64,000 nucleotides of DNA from SAR86 cluster bacterium AG-390-O18 (GTDB lineage Bacteria > Pseudomonadota > Gammaproteobacteria > Magnimaribacterales > AG-339-G14). Below are positions 52,060 to 61,813 of this stretch, in pieces (within the stretch, counting starts at the first letter, position 1; each line of letters opens with the position of its first letter). The translations under genes and the position numbers were made by a program. The stretch spans positions 456,455 to 520,454 of the forward strand of contig QCHF01000002.1 in NCBI GenBank assembly GCA_003279605.1. Reading direction: 5' to 3'. The notes under the pieces are model-generated. The model had not been told where the DNA came from. It worked only from the letters and a program-made list of their open reading frames with translations, and searched no databases.

Positions 52060-52845
52060 ATGATCAGTTTCATAGTTTACGTTTTTTGGTTACTAGTTTT
52101 CCTTGCTTCAGTTTTTTTTCTTGCAGTATCACTTTGGGATAACAGCGAAGACAATAAAGACCCTGAAAGTTTTGAAAAAAAGAAGATAATTTATGGCTTA
52201 ACCTCTATAGGACATTTAAATTCTTGGCAGACTGTGGGTACAAGCTTAGGATGTTTTTTAGCTGCTCTTTTATCTGCATGGTTCATTGATATTTTTTACC
52301 TTTTTCTTTGGATAAGTTTATTTGCAGTCGGTTTTGCAGTCTTTGGTATTCTTAGTGCATTAGGCTCAGATGAAGAAGATTTTTCTTCATCGATTATGAG
52401 AAACCTTAAAGAGTTTAATTTAGATAAAGCTTTAATTTACTTACCAACTTATGCTCTAGTCACTTCGTTTGTTTTAATTTTTGCAATTAACGGAGGTGGC
52501 ATGGCAGAGTGGGATGATGCTTCCACAAGTAAATCATCAGCTTCTTCTAGCAGTTCAAGTTCATCTGGCGGATCAAAAGATCGATATTCAATAGGTTCTG
52601 ATGGACACCCTTTGAAAAATGGAGAGCACTATGCATTTTCTTCAGGATATATTGCAGGGGAGATATTTAATATTACAATTGCTCAAGGAGGAGGCATACA
52701 AAGTGCTAATTCCCGATGCTATAAAGCTATGACATCTAGGGCTGCAAGTGGTGGCGATGATTATCATTTATGTGACCGGATGGTAGATTCAGCTTCTAAT
52801 TCTTCCTATTTCCAGTCTATGAGGAATAACAAAACTTATAAATAG
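52060..52845 (+). CDS. Hypothetical membrane protein (about 4 TM helices, Ser-rich linker, small C-terminal domain with two Cys)
   Basis: 261-aa ORF with strong GGGAGG SD at 52049-52054; no family recognised. Confidence 0.75.
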   Translation: MISFIVYVFWLLVFLASVFFLAVSLWDNSEDNKDPESFEKKKIIYGLTSIGHLNSWQTVGTSLGCFLAALLSAWFIDIFYLFLWISLFAVGFAVFGILSALGSDEEDFSSSIMRNLKEFNLDKALIYLPTYALVTSFVLIFAINGGGMAEWDDASTSKSSASSSSSSSSGGSKDRYSIGSDGHPLKNGEHYAFSSGYIAGEIFNITIAQGGGIQSANSRCYKAMTSRAASGGDDYHLCDRMVDSASNSSYFQSMRNNKTYK

Positions 52846-52857
52846 AATATATAGGTT

Positions 52858-53463
52858 TTAATCAGAAGTGCCTTTTGGTGCTTTTGGAGTATTGAGAAAA
52901 GTTATCGCCCAATGCAAAAGAATTACGGCAGTCAAATCTCCGGTTGTATCCAACATTCTGCTAAAGCCCATGCCGCCAAGAAAAGTAAAAATACAGGCAT
53001 TGAGTTTCCAGCGTAAAGTGAAATAGTGAATGGCTGCAAAAAGAACATTGCTAATGAGAGCTCCAATCCAAAAGAAGCTGATACCTGTAACATCCGAAGT
53101 AATTAAAAGAGGTAGAGAAAGTCTGAAAGCAATTTCTTCAACTACAGAAATCAAGAAAAGATAGCCAACCCAGATTAATTGACGAAAATCAATTTCTCTT
53201 TTTGTATATTTAAGAAACCCAAAGATAAAACTAGCAACTATCAAACTCCAAAGAAGATATTTCAGAGGATTTCTGAATAAATTATCCAGTGAAGATAATA
53301 GAGCGGTTTGAATGGATGGCAGCAAAAGACAAATAATCGCTATTGAAGTCATCGTTAGACCATGTCTGGCAAGGACTTGACGAAATTTAGAGATGTAATT
53401 CTTTTGGGTTAAGGCTGCTCTTTGTAGTCGACCAGCAGGAATTGGATTAGAAGCTTCCTTCAT
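52858..53463 (-). CDS. CPBP (CAAX protease/Abi) family intramembrane glutamic endopeptidase
   Basis: VVEEIAFR (EExxxR), LFAAIH and LLHWAIT motifs. Confidence 0.88.
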   Translation of the reverse strand: MKEASNPIPAGRLQRAALTQKNYISKFRQVLARHGLTMTSIAIICLLLPSIQTALLSSLDNLFRNPLKYLLWSLIVASFIFGFLKYTKREIDFRQLIWVGYLFLISVVEEIAFRLSLPLLITSDVTGISFFWIGALISNVLFAAIHYFTLRWKLNACIFTFLGGMGFSRMLDTTGDLTAVILLHWAITFLNTPKAPKGTSD

Positions 53464-53473
53464 TGATGACTAT

Positions 53474-53490
53474 ACGATTAAGTTAATCGT
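53474..53490. repeat. Perfect inverted repeat ACGATTAA-G-TTAATCGT
   Basis: 8-bp arms with a 1-nt spacer, read directly; overlaps the dapD stop codon just upstream of the CPBP gene. Confidence 0.7.
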
Positions 53491-54370
53491 TGGAATGCAA
53501 TTCTTCGTTGAGTTCTATGACTTTTTTATTCGGGCGACACTGAATGGAACCCGTTAAAGAATTTCTGATAAATAAAAGATCGGATTTCGAAGCAAGCTCA
53601 GACGCTTTAAGGGTTTCAGAAATCTCACCTTTGTCATCGATAACCTCCACTTTGGAAGAAGCTGTTAGATAAAGTCCAGCCTCAACTGTGCATCGGTCTC
53701 CTAATGGAATGCCTAAACCGGAATTGGCGCCAAGCAGACAATTTTTCCCAAGAGAAATTCGAACATCGTTACCACCGGATAAAGTTCCCATGGTGGAAGC
53801 GCCACCGCCAATATCGGTTTTATCGCCAATGACAACTCCTTGGGAAATTCTGCCTTCGATCATTGCTTCGCCTAAAGAACCGGCATTAAAGTTCACAAAG
53901 CCCTCGTGCATGATAGTTGTTCCGGATCCCAGATAAGCTCCCAATCTCACACGGTTGGCATCGGCAATTCGGACATCGGATAAAGTTACGTAATCGGTCA
54001 TGCGTGGAAATTTATCAATGCTGTGGACCAAGATATGTCGGTTCTCTTTTCTTGCCTCAAGTTGCGCTTTTTTGAAATCGGCAATTGAGAAAGGACCTTC
54101 AGAGGTCCAAACGACATTTTGTAAAATTCCAAAAATACCATCTAAATTAATTTCGTTTGGTTTGACCAAGCGATAAGAAAGCAAATGCAGTTTTAAATAG
54201 GCTTCTGGTACTGAAGTAGGGGCTTTGTCATCACTGACAGATACTTTTTCAAAAATAGCATCGGATGACTCAAGATCTTCAGCGGAAATATTCTCCTCGG
54301 CGAAAAACATTTCAATCCACTCACCGTCGCTGTTTTTTGTGCCAATTCCTAAGCCAGTCCAATTACTCAT
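53483..54370 (-). CDS. dapD: Tetrahydrodipicolinate N-succinyltransferase (Pseudomonas/actinobacterial type)
   Basis: AYLKLHLLS, DKFPRMTDYV, RVRLGAYL, MHEGFVNFNAG and MGTLSGG motifs. Confidence 0.96.
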   Translation of the reverse strand: MSNWTGLGIGTKNSDGEWIEMFFAEENISAEDLESSDAIFEKVSVSDDKAPTSVPEAYLKLHLLSYRLVKPNEINLDGIFGILQNVVWTSEGPFSIADFKKAQLEARKENRHILVHSIDKFPRMTDYVTLSDVRIADANRVRLGAYLGSGTTIMHEGFVNFNAGSLGEAMIEGRISQGVVIGDKTDIGGGASTMGTLSGGNDVRISLGKNCLLGANSGLGIPLGDRCTVEAGLYLTASSKVEVIDDKGEISETLKASELASKSDLLFIRNSLTGSIQCRPNKKVIELNEELHSND

Positions 54371-55532
54371 TATCTAAAACCTTTTTTATGCTTGTTAATG
54401 CTTTTGTTGTTGATTCTATATCATGCACTAAAGCAATTCTTAAATATTGCTCTGCAGGATTTTGCCCATTGTCTTCAGCGCCTAAATATTTACCTGGTAA
54501 TACTATGACTTGCTCTTCGTCGTAAAGTTTTTTGGTAAAAGCTTCGGTATCCTTTACTCTCAGCCAAAGATAGAAAGCTCCATCTGGGGTTAAAGAGTCT
54601 TTGGCTAAAATTTCTTCAGCCAATTTAAATTTTTCTGCATAGGCGGCTCGATTGTCTTCAACAGTTTTGTCGTCTGCCCATGCCAAAGTACTCGCATTTT
54701 GAATGGGCAAGGGGACGCTGACACCATGAAACATGCGATATTTTGAGAAGGCGGCAATGATACTGGCGTCTCCAGTAGCACAACCGGATCTAAAGCCTGG
54801 TAAGTTGGAACGCTTTGAGAGACTGTGCAATGCTAAAACATTCTCCAAGCTACCATTTACTTCCATGGCAGCTTCCAAAAGGGAAGTGGGTTTTTCACCA
54901 AAATAGATATCTATGTAGCATTCATCGCTTAAAACTTTAAAACCAAATTCTTTGGAGAGCCTTACCACTTTGCAAAGTTCAGTTTTACTCATTACTTTGC
55001 CGGTAGGATTGGAAGGCGAGCAAAGAACAAGCAGCTGACATTTCTCCCAAACTTCTTGCGCGACATTTTCCAAATCCATTTGGAAATTATTTTCTTCAGA
55101 GCAATTTAAAAAATGAGGTTTGGCGCCTGCAAACAATGTCGCGCCACCGTAAATTTGATAATAAGGGTTCGGCATACAAACATAAGGTTTCTCACTAACT
55201 GCTTCTCTATTGACCATGGTTTGAATGGCAGAGAAGGTTCCTTCTCTGGTCCCGCCAACCAAAAAGATTTCTTCATCTTTAACAGCTTTAAGATTGAAAT
55301 TATTGGCTAGATAATTTTGGTAGCTTTTTTTCAGTTCAGGCACCATCGCCATCGGAGGGTAGTGACTGAATAATTCTTTGTTCTGATTGATGGCGTCTAA
55401 AATTTTTGGACTAGCCGGATGCTTTGGCTCGCCAATGGATAAATTGATTTCTGCTGGAGATTTTTTTGGGTTAACGAGTTTTCTCAATCTTTCAAAGGGA
55501 TAAGATTGAATCTCAGCAATTAAATTATTCAT
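54363..55532 (-). CDS. dapC: Succinyldiaminopimelate aminotransferase
   Basis: YPFERL, LSIGEPKH, PNPYYQIY, CSPSNPTG, SDECY and SLSKRSNLPGFRSG motifs; lies between map and dapD. Confidence 0.93.
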   Translation of the reverse strand: MNNLIAEIQSYPFERLRKLVNPKKSPAEINLSIGEPKHPASPKILDAINQNKELFSHYPPMAMVPELKKSYQNYLANNFNLKAVKDEEIFLVGGTREGTFSAIQTMVNREAVSEKPYVCMPNPYYQIYGGATLFAGAKPHFLNCSEENNFQMDLENVAQEVWEKCQLLVLCSPSNPTGKVMSKTELCKVVRLSKEFGFKVLSDECYIDIYFGEKPTSLLEAAMEVNGSLENVLALHSLSKRSNLPGFRSGCATGDASIIAAFSKYRMFHGVSVPLPIQNASTLAWADDKTVEDNRAAYAEKFKLAEEILAKDSLTPDGAFYLWLRVKDTEAFTKKLYDEEQVIVLPGKYLGAEDNGQNPAEQYLRIALVHDIESTTKALTSIKKVLDNE

Positions 55533-55535
55533 AGA

Positions 55536-56300
55536 CTAAAAACTTTCTTCACTTCTTTGGGTAAGAACTTCAAAGCCGTCTTGAGTCACTAGGATGGTGT
55601 GTTCCCATTGGGCAGATAATCTGCCATCTGTAGTCTCGACCGTCCAACCATCGGTTTTGGACAGTTTGGTTTTGTAAGTACCCAAATTGATCATGGGCTC
55701 GATGGTAAAGCACATGCCTTCTTGTAAGGACATGCCGGTATTGGGTTGACCATAATGCAAAACTTGCGGATCTTCATGAAAGACTTTGCCAATGCCATGT
55801 CCGCAGTATTCTCTTACAACTGAATAATGATTGCCCTCGGCATGGACTTGAATGGCATGACCAATGTCACCCAATCTAGCTCCAGGTTTAACTTGCTCAA
55901 TACCGCGATAAAGGCATTCTTGAGTAATATCAACCAGGCGTTGTGCATGCGGTTGGGCTTTGCCAACCATAAACATTTTGCTGGTATCGCCGTGGTAGCC
56001 ATCTTTGATGACGGTGACATCGATATTTATGATGTCATTGCTTTTTAGAATTCTATTTTCAGTGGGAATGCCATGACAAACCACTTGATTGATCGAGGTG
56101 CAAATCGATTTTGGAAAACCTTTGTAGTTCAAAGGCGCTGGAATGCAACCGATTTCATCCACGATGTAGTCGTGACAAATTTTGTCCAGTTCACCGGTGG
56201 AAATTCCCGGCTTTACATGCTCACCGATCATCTCCAAAGTCTGAGCAGCAAGCTTACCTGCGACTCTCATCCCTTTTATATCATCCGAATTTTTAATCAT
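55536..56300 (-). CDS. map: Methionine aminopeptidase type I
   Basis: GFPKSICTSINQVVCHGIP, DTS, YCGHGIG, TIEPMIN and SAQWEHT motifs. Confidence 0.98.
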   Translation of the reverse strand: MIKNSDDIKGMRVAGKLAAQTLEMIGEHVKPGISTGELDKICHDYIVDEIGCIPAPLNYKGFPKSICTSINQVVCHGIPTENRILKSNDIINIDVTVIKDGYHGDTSKMFMVGKAQPHAQRLVDITQECLYRGIEQVKPGARLGDIGHAIQVHAEGNHYSVVREYCGHGIGKVFHEDPQVLHYGQPNTGMSLQEGMCFTIEPMINLGTYKTKLSKTDGWTVETTDGRLSAQWEHTILVTQDGFEVLTQRSEESF

Positions 56301-56349
56301 AAGTTAAATTTTTAATGGACTTTACAGAGTTATTTCATTAGAGTCACAT

Positions 56350-56416
56350 TCTAATGCAAACGGCATTAGATTTTAAAACGCGATCCATAGTTTCTACTTT
56401 GTTCGCGTTTTTTTTT
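56350..56416 (+). promoter_or_regulatory. Putative carA leader attenuator (two hairpins, each followed by a U-tract)
   Basis: TCTAATGC/GCATTAGA (56350-56370) then TTTT; AAAACGCGA/TCGCGTTTT (56375-56411) running into T9 (56408-56416), 22 nt before the carA TTG. Confidence 0.6.
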
Positions 56417-56438
56417 ACCCATTTGAAGCAGGTGTTTC

Positions 56439-57563
56439 TTGAGAGCTAAACCTGCTCAGCTCATCTTAAAATCGGGTGAAATCTTCGATGGCGAAGCTTT
56501 TGGCTACACCAAAGAAAAAGTAGGCGAGCTGGTTTTCAATACTTCAATGACCGGTTACCAAGAAATCATCACCGATTTGTCTTATACCGATCAACTCATT
56601 TGCTTTACTTATCCGCATATTGGAAACGTTGGGACCAATATCGATGATCATGAATCTGTCGTTGGCGGTGCGAGTGGTGTGGTGATCAGAGACCTAACGC
56701 GAGTTGAGAGCAATTGGAGAAATGAACTTTCTTTGGCTGATTTTTTAAAGGCCAATAAAGTGCCAGGCATAAAAAACATCGATACTAGAAAGTTAACCAG
56801 AGTTTTAAGAAACAAAGGTTCTCAACCGGCCTTTATTTCGTATAAGAAAAAGACCAAAAAAGATATTGAAAAATTGTTCGAAAGATTCGGCAGCTTAAAA
56901 GGCAAAGATTTAGCCTCCAAAGTAACGACTGCAAGATCTTACTTATGGAAAAAGCCAAGTTATGGCACAAAAAAACCCAAACTCAAATACAAAATCATTG
57001 CACTTGATTTTGGCGTCAAACACAACATCCTTCGTTTGTTAGTGGATCGCGAATGTGAGGTAGAGGTTATGCCTGCCAATACCGACTTTGAAATCATTCT
57101 TGGAAAAAAACCAGATGGTGTATTTTTATCCAATGGGCCGGGAGACCCTGAACCATGTCATCAACCAATAGAAACTATTTCAAGATTGATAAGAGAAACA
57201 AAAATACCTTTGTTTGGTATTTGTTTGGGTCACCAACTTTTAGGTTTGGCGTTAGGCATGAAAACTGAAAAAATGAAATTCGGCCACCATGGCGCCAATC
57301 ATCCTGTAAAAAATCTCATCACCAACGAAGTGGCAATAACCAGCCAAAACCATGGCTTTACGATTTCGGAAAAGTCCTTATCAAAAGATATTTCTATTAC
57401 ACATCGATCTTTGTTCGATGGCTCCATCCAAGGAATTTCTTTTCAAAAAAATCGCGTGTTTGGTTTTCAAGGTCATCCAGAAGCAAGTCCAGGACCGCAA
57501 GAGTTACAATCACTCTTTGACACTTTCATCACTCAGGTAAATAAATATGCCAAAAAGAACTGA
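56439..57563 (+). CDS. carA: Carbamoyl-phosphate synthase small subunit; TTG start
   Basis: [30 protein letters not shown] and [11 protein letters not shown] motifs. Confidence 0.98.
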   Translation: MRAKPAQLILKSGEIFDGEAFGYTKEKVGELVFNTSMTGYQEIITDLSYTDQLICFTYPHIGNVGTNIDDHESVVGGASGVVIRDLTRVESNWRNELSLADFLKANKVPGIKNIDTRKLTRVLRNKGSQPAFISYKKKTKKDIEKLFERFGSLKGKDLASKVTTARSYLWKKPSYGTKKPKLKYKIIALDFGVKHNILRLLVDRECEVEVMPANTDFEIILGKKPDGVFLSNGPGDPEPCHQPIETISRLIRETKIPLFGICLGHQLLGLALGMKTEKMKFGHHGANHPVKNLITNEVAITSQNHGFTISEKSLSKDISITHRSLFDGSIQGISFQKNRVFGFQGHPEASPGPQELQSLFDTFITQVNKYAKKN

Positions 57564-60500
57564 TATTAAATCTGTTCTGATCATTGGCGCAGGGCCAATC
57601 ATCATTGGTCAAGCTTGTGAATTTGATTATTCTGGAGTTCAAGCTTGTAAAGCTTTAAGGGAAGAGGGTTACAAGGTCATCTTGGTTAATTCCAATCCAG
57701 CTACAATTATGACAGATCCCGGCTTGGCAGATGCCACCTACATTGAACCCATTACATGGCAATCTTTGGAAAAGATTATCAAGATCGAAAAACCTGATGC
57801 CATTTTGCCGACCATGGGTGGGCAAACAGGGCTAAACGTAGCTCTGGATTTAAATAAAAAAGGAATTCTTAAAAAATACAATATTGAATTGATTGGTGCT
57901 ACCAAAGAAGCGATCGATAAAGCCGAAGATCGAGAACTCTTTGCTGCAGCAATGGGAAAAATTGGCCTTAAAGTACCCTTGGCAAAACTCGCACATAATA
58001 TTGAAGAGTGTTGGGAAGTACAAAAATTAGTTGGTTACCCGTGCATCATTAGACCTAACTTTACTCTGGGTGGTTCTGGCGGAGGAATTGCGTACAACAG
58101 CGATGAGTTTGAAGAGATTTGTCACAGAGGCTTGGATTTATCACCAACTTCCGAACTTTATATTGATAAATATCTTGCAGGCTGGAAAGAGTATGAGATG
58201 GAAGTTGTTAGAGATAAAGCCGATAACTGCATTATTATTTGTTCTATTGAAAATTTTGACCCTATGGGAGTTCATACTGGAGATTCGATTACAGTAGCTC
58301 CAGCACAAACATTGACCGATAAGGAATACCAAATGATGCGAAATGCCTCAATGGCTATTCTGCGAGAAATCGGAGTAGAAACCGGCGGATCCAATGTCCA
58401 GTTTGCCATCAACCCAGATGATGGAGAGATGGTCGTTATTGAAATGAATCCAAGAGTTTCCAGATCGTCTGCTTTGGCATCCAAGGCAACAGGTTTTCCG
58501 ATCGCCAAGATAGCGGCAAAACTTGCCGTTGGTTTCACTTTGGATGAATTGCAAAACGATATTAGTAAAGATTCCATTCCTGCCTCTTTTGAGCCAACGA
58601 TTGATTATGTAGTCACAAAAATTCCAAGATTTAACTTTGAAAAATTCGCGGGCGCCAATCCTACTTTGACTTCACAAATGAAATCGGTTGGAGAGGTTAT
58701 GGCTATTGGTTCCAACTTTAAAGAATCATTACAAAAAGCCATGCGTGGTTTGGAAATTGGCTCTTCAGGTTTCGAATCGCCTGAACAAGCTAAAAATGTT
58801 TCCGCTATCAAACCAAGACTAATTACCCCTACCCCTGAGAGACTTTGGTTTATTGGAGAGGCTTTTAGAAAAGGTATGGATATCAATGAAATCCAAGCTT
58901 TTACCGGTATTGATCTTTGGTTTCTAAAAGAAGTCCAAGAAATCATTAATTATGAAAAAATTATCAAATCCAAAAAATTTCTCTCTTCCCGAGATTTATT
59001 CCTCGAAGCCAAAAAAATTGGCTTCTCAGATAAAAGAATTGCGGAGTTAATCAGTAAGTCTGAAAAAGACATTCGAGCAAAAAGAAGAAGATTAAAAATC
59101 AAACCGGTCTTCAAAAGAGTAGATACCTGCGCTGCTGAGTTTGAAACCTCAACGGCATATATGTATTCAACTTATCAAGATGAATGTGAATCCAATCCTA
59201 CTAAGAAGAAAAAAATCATGGTTCTTGGGGGCGGGCCCAACAGAATTGGTCAAGGAATTGAATTTGATTATTGTTGTGTGCACGCTGCTCAAGTTTTAAA
59301 AGAGGAGGGTTTCGAAACCATCATGGTGAATTGCAATCCGGAGACGGTATCTACTGATTACGATACCTCCGATAGGCTTTATTTTGAGCCAATTACTTTA
59401 GAGGACGTCTTAGAAATTTACGAAGTGGAAAAACCAAAAGGTCTGATCATTCAATACGGCGGACAAACGCCACTCAAACTTGCCAAAGATTTAGAAAAAA
59501 ACGGCGTTCCAATTTTGGGCACTTCACCTGATCAAATCGATTTGTCTGAGGATCGTTCTAGATTTCAAAAATTTGTAAAGAAAAACAAACTGCTTCAGCC
59601 AGCCAATGGTATGGCATCCAATAATACCCAAGCGATTAAAATTGCCAATCGAATTGGCTATCCAGTCGTCGTAAGACCTTCTTATGTTTTAGGCGGACGA
59701 GCCATGGAAATTGTCTACGATGATGAGGATCTAAAAAAATACTTAACCGAAGCTTTGGACGTAGATACAAAAAATCCGGTTTTAATTGATAAGTTCTTGG
59801 ACTTAGCGATTGAGTTTGATGTCGAAGCAATAAGCGACGGCAAAAACCATATCATTTGCGGCGTACTTCAACATATCGAGCAGGCAGGAGTCCACTCAGG
59901 AGACTCAGCTTGTTCTATTCCCCCTTACAGCATTGATAAAAAATTGCTTGAAGAAATTGAAGCTACTGCAATCAAAGTCATTAAGAATATGAAAATTTCT
60001 GGTTTGGTCAATATCCAACTGGCCTATGCAAATAAAGAATTATATCTATTGGAAGTCAATCCTAGAGCTTCTCGAACCATTCCTTTTGTTTCAAAAGCTA
60101 TAGGCTCTCCGTTAGCGAAAATTGCCGCTCAAGTAATGTCTGGTAAAAATTTAAAAACTTTGGGGATAACGAAATTCAAAAAACCTAAATTTTATTCTGT
60201 CAAAGAGGCAGTTCTTCCTTTTGAAAAATTTCAGGCAGTCGATCCAATTTTGGGCCCAGAAATGAGATCTACCGGCGAAGTCATGGGGATAGCACCATCA
60301 TTTGTAGAAGCATTTGAAAAGGCTGAAATAGCTGCTGGGGTATCTATACCTTTGAAGGGATCTGCGTTCTTGAGTGTTAGAAATACAGACAAAACTTATC
60401 TAGAAGAACTTGCTAAAAGTTTAACCAATTCAGGCTTTGAATTAGTAGCTACCAGAGGAACTGCAAGAGATTTGGAAAACATGGGCTTTAAAGTAAAGAA

Positions 60501-60741
60501 AATAAATAAAGTTTTGGAAGGCAGACCGCACATCATTGATTTGATGAAAAATAAAGAAATCAGTCTTGTGGTTAATACAACCGAAGGAAGAGAATCAATT
60601 ACAGATTCAGCTTCAATTCGAAGAACTGCTTTAGATCAAAAGATTTGTAGTTCTACTACTATTGAGGGCGCAAGAGCGATATGCAAGGTAATAGAAAATC
60701 AGGTTGATTGGAGGGTAAAAAAACTTCAAGATATCTATTGA
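57547..60741 (+). CDS. carB: Carbamoyl-phosphate synthase large subunit
   Basis: [31 protein letters not shown]-terminus and duplicated ATP-grasp domains; 1064 aa. Confidence 0.99.
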   Translation: MPKRTDIKSVLIIGAGPIIIGQACEFDYSGVQACKALREEGYKVILVNSNPATIMTDPGLADATYIEPITWQSLEKIIKIEKPDAILPTMGGQTGLNVALDLNKKGILKKYNIELIGATKEAIDKAEDRELFAAAMGKIGLKVPLAKLAHNIEECWEVQKLVGYPCIIRPNFTLGGSGGGIAYNSDEFEEICHRGLDLSPTSELYIDKYLAGWKEYEMEVVRDKADNCIIICSIENFDPMGVHTGDSITVAPAQTLTDKEYQMMRNASMAILREIGVETGGSNVQFAINPDDGEMVVIEMNPRVSRSSALASKATGFPIAKIAAKLAVGFTLDELQNDISKDSIPASFEPTIDYVVTKIPRFNFEKFAGANPTLTSQMKSVGEVMAIGSNFKESLQKAMRGLEIGSSGFESPEQAKNVSAIKPRLITPTPERLWFIGEAFRKGMDINEIQAFTGIDLWFLKEVQEIINYEKIIKSKKFLSSRDLFLEAKKIGFSDKRIAELISKSEKDIRAKRRRLKIKPVFKRVDTCAAEFETSTAYMYSTYQDECESNPTKKKKIMVLGGGPNRIGQGIEFDYCCVHAAQVLKEEGFETIMVNCNPETVSTDYDTSDRLYFEPITLEDVLEIYEVEKPKGLIIQYGGQTPLKLAKDLEKNGVPILGTSPDQIDLSEDRSRFQKFVKKNKLLQPANGMASNNTQAIKIANRIGYPVVVRPSYVLGGRAMEIVYDDEDLKKYLTEALDVDTKNPVLIDKFLDLAIEFDVEAISDGKNHIICGVLQHIEQAGVHSGDSACSIPPYSIDKKLLEEIEATAIKVIKNMKISGLVNIQLAYANKELYLLEVNPRASRTIPFVSKAIGSPLAKIAAQVMSGKNLKTLGITKFKKPKFYSVKEAVLPFEKFQAVDPILGPEMRSTGEVMGIAPSFVEAFEKAEIAAGVSIPLKGSAFLSVRNTDKTYLEELAKSLTNSGFELVATRGTARDLENMGFKVKKINKVLEGRPHIIDLMKNKEISLVVNTTEGRESITDSASIRRTALDQKICSSTTIEGARAICKVIENQVDWRVKKLQDIY

Positions 60742-60745
60742 GGAT

Positions 60746-61225
60746 ATGACTGATAAAGCCCCAATGACCGTGGAAGGTGAGAAAGCCTTGCGCGCTGAAC
60801 ACGAACATCTTACAAAAAATGTAAGAATCCAATTGTCCAAAGAAATTGCTGCAGCCAGAGAGCTAGGCGATTTGAAGGAAAATGCCGAATATCACGCAGC
60901 TAAAGAACAACAAGGACTGACAGAAGCAAGAATCAGAGAGATAGAGTCTAAATTAACTAATTCTCAAGTTATAGATGTAACTGCTATACCGCCTTCAGGC
61001 AAAGTAATTTTTGGCGTTACATTGGATCTTTATGATTTAGGGAAAGATGAAGAAGTGATTTTCAAAATAGTTGGCGAAGATGAAGCAAATGTAAATGAGG
61101 GAAAAATCTCTTTTTCCTCCCCTTTAGCAAGAGCTCTTATAGGTAAGGGTGAGGGTGATATCGCTAAGTTTGAAAGTCCTGCTGGTCCTCAAGAATACGA
61201 AATAGTAGCTATTAAGCACATTTAA
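60746..61225 (+). CDS. greA: Transcription elongation factor GreA
   Basis: GDLKENAEYHAAKEQQ and ISFSSPLARALIGK motifs. Confidence 0.98.
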   Translation: MTDKAPMTVEGEKALRAEHEHLTKNVRIQLSKEIAAARELGDLKENAEYHAAKEQQGLTEARIREIESKLTNSQVIDVTAIPPSGKVIFGVTLDLYDLGKDEEVIFKIVGEDEANVNEGKISFSSPLARALIGKGEGDIAKFESPAGPQEYEIVAIKHI

Positions 61226-61226
61226 T

Positions 61227-61808
61227 TTGAGCAAAAATCCCAACTATACCGGCGGAGAAAGGTTTAATAAGCTTTCGAAAAAAGATGGTTATCGATCAAG
61301 AGCAGCCTATAAACTAAAACAGATACACAAGTCGCATAATTTAATCAAACAAAATCAAAATATTTTAGATATTGGTTGCGCTCCAGGTAGTTGGATTCAA
61401 GTTGTAAAAGAACTTACAAAAGGAAAAACTTCCATTACAGGCATAGATATACTTCCAATGGCTAAAATTGAGGGAATTACTTTTCTACAAAAAGATTTAT
61501 TGGAAGTTAATAACGATGACCTAAATGACCATTTTGATCTTGTTTTATCTGATATTGCCCCCAATATAAGTGGTATAGGTATAACCGACACTGAAAATAT
61601 GATTGAACTTTTGAATATAGAGATATATCTAATAAATAAATATCTTGTAAAAGGAGGTTCTTTTCTAGCAAAATGTTTCCAAGGTAGTTCTTTTGATTAT
61701 TTAAAGGAGTTTATGAAAAAAAATTTCGAAGAGGTAGTAAGAATAAAACCAGAGGCATCCAGAACAAATTCAAAGGAATGCTATTTATTAGGAAAAGTTA
61801 AAAAATAA
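61227..61808 (+). CDS. rlmE: 23S rRNA (uridine-2'-O)-methyltransferase RlmE/FtsJ
   Basis: [28 protein letters not shown] and KPEASR motifs. Confidence 0.96.
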   Translation: MSKNPNYTGGERFNKLSKKDGYRSRAAYKLKQIHKSHNLIKQNQNILDIGCAPGSWIQVVKELTKGKTSITGIDILPMAKIEGITFLQKDLLEVNNDDLNDHFDLVLSDIAPNISGIGITDTENMIELLNIEIYLINKYLVKGGSFLAKCFQGSSFDYLKEFMKKNFEEVVRIKPEASRTNSKECYLLGKVKK

Positions 61809-61813
61809 GAATT

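Noticed and set aside
56315-56341. Eight-codon ORF MDFTELFH* upstream of the carA leader
   Set aside because: It has no SD or informative codons, ends before the hairpins and probably overlaps the promoter.
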